61,734 bases of DNA, taken from positions 1 to 61,734 of IMG/VR virus record IMGVR_UViG_3300008255_002410. The stretch is one strand, 5' to 3'. Positions 59,626 to 61,734 of the stretch are shown in pieces. Under the pieces are notes generated by a model that was not told where the DNA came from, did not search any database, and saw only the letters and a program-made list of their open reading frames with translations. The translations under genes and the position numbers were made by a program. Position 1 is the stretch's first letter. Every line of letters starts with the position of its first letter. The stretch comes from a virus. Lineage: Duplodnaviria; Caudoviricetes.

Positions 59626-61734
59626 ATGGCGTTCAAGCCAGACGTTGTTCTTCAGGGACATCAGGCCCGTATCGGGCAAAAGGTAGTAGCCAACAAGGGT
59701 ACTGCGCTTCTGGGCTGGGCAATCGGCTCAGGTAAGACTCTCGGATCCCTGGCTGCTCATCATGCACTCAAAGACGCAGGCATGGGAAGCCGGTCTCTGA
59801 TTGTTGTCCCAGCCAAGCTTCGACGTAACTTTGCTGACGACATCAAGAAGTTCACGGACGACAAGTACGTCATCTACGGGAACAAGGAAGAGCAGTCCTC
59901 TGGGCTTTACTCAGGAATTGATGACCCTATTCAGGAAGCAGACCACCACCTGGTCAGCTACGACCTTTTTCGGCAGGACCCCCACAAGTGGATTGAAAGG
60001 GTCAAGCCTGACACTCTGATTTTTGATGAGTTACATCGGGCCAAGAATGAGTATGGCGTGACCCATGAGGCCATTAAGAACGTCCGGCCCAAGGTCAAGA
60101 ACGCCATAGGTTTGTCGGCCTCGTTCGTCGGAAATTCCCCTGCAGATGTGGTCGGAATCCTCAATGCCATAGTCCCGACCGAATCTCCTGGCTGGTTCTT
60201 CCCCAGGAAGCGTGAAGACTTCGAAAGAAAGTTCCTCGAGCCCGTCAAGGGTGGCTTCGAGCTGAAGAACCATGAAGAGCTGGGGCAGCTCCTTTCCAAG
60301 TTCGTGGATTACCATGGGCCAGGAGCCAAGGGCTACGGGCAACGAGGGGTAGTCCCGGAGAAGAGAATCCAGGAAGTCAAGGTTGAGATGTCTCCTCGCC
60401 AGGAACAGCTCATGAGGTATGTCTTTGACCAGCTCCCACCTCTTGTGAAGTGGAAGCTCAAGAAGAACGTAGAAGGACTCTCCGACAAGGAAATCCGACA
60501 CGTCTTTTCCAAGATCACTGCAGCCCGGCAAGTATCGAATTCCATCCACACCCTGGACCCTTCCATCTCACCGATGCAAGCAGCTCGAGAGACACCAAAG
60601 GTCAGGAAGGTCCTGGACGATGTCGAGCAGCATCTGAAAGAGACTCCTGATGGACAGGTACTCCTTGTTAGCCACCTGATTCACGGTGGGGCTGACGTGC
60701 TTCATGCTGGTCTTGAAGACCGTGGCATCTCACATGGGATGTTCCTCGGGGCTGGAAGGCTTGGCCTCAAGGAAGAGGAAGCTCATCAAGCCGTAGCTGA
60801 CTATAACGCCAAAAAGAAGAAAGTGCTGATCATTTCAGACGCCGGAGCCGAGGGGTTGAATCTTCCTGATACTACTTTCATTGGCGTTCTTGACGGACAC
60901 TTCAACCCGGAGCGTATCAACCAAATTGAAGGGCGTGGTATTCGCACTGGAGGTCAGCCTCATCGGCCAGAAAATCAGCGAGAGGTAATGGTTCGCCGGT
61001 ACATGACCTCCACTCCAGGAGGAATCAGGCGGATGCTCTCCAACTTTGCCAAGCGCCTGGTTCCTTTTGGGTTAGCTGGCAGCCCCGATAACACACGAGC
61101 AGTGGACCGCTGGATCTATGACGCAGCAAAGATGAAGGATGCAGCCAACACTAAGGTACGGCAAGCTCTGGCCAAGCTTGGTGAGGAACCACTGCTGAGA
61201 GCCCCAAACGAGGTTACTAAACAGCGTGAGAATGAGGCTGCTCTATATACCATGGAAACGGCCAGAAAGTTTCATGGGCTATCTCGAGACGTGGACGTAA
61301 TTACCGCTGGACTAGCAGGCAAGCCAATCAGTCTTCCAAGTATGCCTGGTTTCTCCATCGGAGGTGGCCTACTTGGAGGAACCCTCCCGATAGCCGAAGC
61401 GGCTGCAGGGGAGGCTGGAGCCTATCTTGGAGACCCGAAGAGTTACTCGGGGAACTTCTTGGAAAATATCAAGAGGCAAACCTCCTGGCCAATGGTTTCA
61501 GGCGGATTAACTGCTGGCCTGATGGGACCAACTCCGTCGGGACTCGCTGCAGGCATCTACCCAAGCTTACGCGAAAACGCACATTGGGCAGAACCCCCGC
61601 TTATTGGGATGGCTGCGAAGCTAACGACATTGTACCCAGCTAAGACCTTACCAACACTTGTTGGTGCTGCCGGCCTTGAGCTAGGCGCCAGATTGTCTCC
61701 TTGGAATCGAGAAAACACTGGATTCTTGGACCAG
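59626..61734 (+). CDS. SNF2/NPH-I-like SF2 ATPase/helicase with Gly-rich C-terminal extension (runs off the window edge)
   Basis: Not in the ORF track because it has no stop in the window. Manual translation: L..HQ, GSGKT, VPA.L, SYD, FDELH, LSAS, SDAGAEGLNL, FNP....Q..GR.IR. Confidence 0.88.
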   Translation, partial: MAFKPDVVLQGHQARIGQKVVANKGTALLGWAIGSGKTLGSLAAHHALKDAGMGSRSLIVVPAKLRRNFADDIKKFTDDKYVIYGNKEEQSSGLYSGIDDPIQEADHHLVSYDLFRQDPHKWIERVKPDTLIFDELHRAKNEYGVTHEAIKNVRPKVKNAIGLSASFVGNSPADVVGILNAIVPTESPGWFFPRKREDFERKFLEPVKGGFELKNHEELGQLLSKFVDYHGPGAKGYGQRGVVPEKRIQEVKVEMSPRQEQLMRYVFDQLPPLVKWKLKKNVEGLSDKEIRHVFSKITAARQVSNSIHTLDPSISPMQAARETPKVRKVLDDVEQHLKETPDGQVLLVSHLIHGGADVLHAGLEDRGISHGMFLGAGRLGLKEEEAHQAVADYNAKKKKVLIISDAGAEGLNLPDTTFIGVLDGHFNPERINQIEGRGIRTGGQPHRPENQREVMVRRYMTSTPGGIRRMLSNFAKRLVPFGLAGSPDNTRAVDRWIYDAAKMKDAANTKVRQALAKLGEEPLLRAPNEVTKQRENEAALYTMETARKFHGLSRDVDVITAGLAGKPISLPSMPGFSIGGGLLGGTLPIAEAAAGEAGAYLGDPKSYSGNFLENIKRQTSWPMVSGGLTAGLMGPTPSGLAAGIYPSLRENAHWAEPPLIGMAAKLTTLYPAKTLPTLVGAAGLELGARLSPWNRENTGFLDQ

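Noticed and set aside
1-61734. Stop-codon reassignment
   Set aside because: Genes are full length in code 11 and end with TAA, TAG and TGA, with tight start-stop coupling.

Overview
This window is part of a large dsDNA (jumbo-type) bacteriophage genome that reads normally in code 11. No capsid, terminase or integrase is recognisable. From left to right it holds: nucleotide-metabolism genes (dNMP kinase, dATP/dGTP diphosphohydrolase); a GHKL-ATPase/HExxH protein; a tmRNA; an HNH endonuclease; a CheY-like receiver; an amidase-SH3b endolysin; a ~17 kb tail-fibre/baseplate block with giant Kelch-propeller proteins; a glycosyl/methyltransferase cluster; a replication/recombination operon (Hel308-like helicase, primase, DnaB, UvsW-like helicase, flap nuclease, RecA, SSB, UDG-fused PolA); and a + strand operon with a fused beta-beta' RNA polymerase and an SNF2/NPH-I-like ATPase. 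Three inteins are present. The most unusual observations are: (1) the helicase intein is dual-coded, with a complete Vsr/DUF559-type endonuclease gene and its own Shine-Dalgarno overprinted in a shifted frame while the intein frame stays open; (2) the mature RNAP and both downstream proteins (~2,980 aa) contain no cysteine and both beta' Zn sites are lost, suggesting a virion-packaged, ejected transcription apparatus; (3) six perfect copies of the 16-bp palindrome TTGACGCCGGCGTCAA, four of them directly at ribosome-binding sites; (4) a tmRNA whose tag runs past AAA and ends in LAYN instead of the usual Ala-Ala degron. All assignments come from motif recognition by eye; no searches were run.
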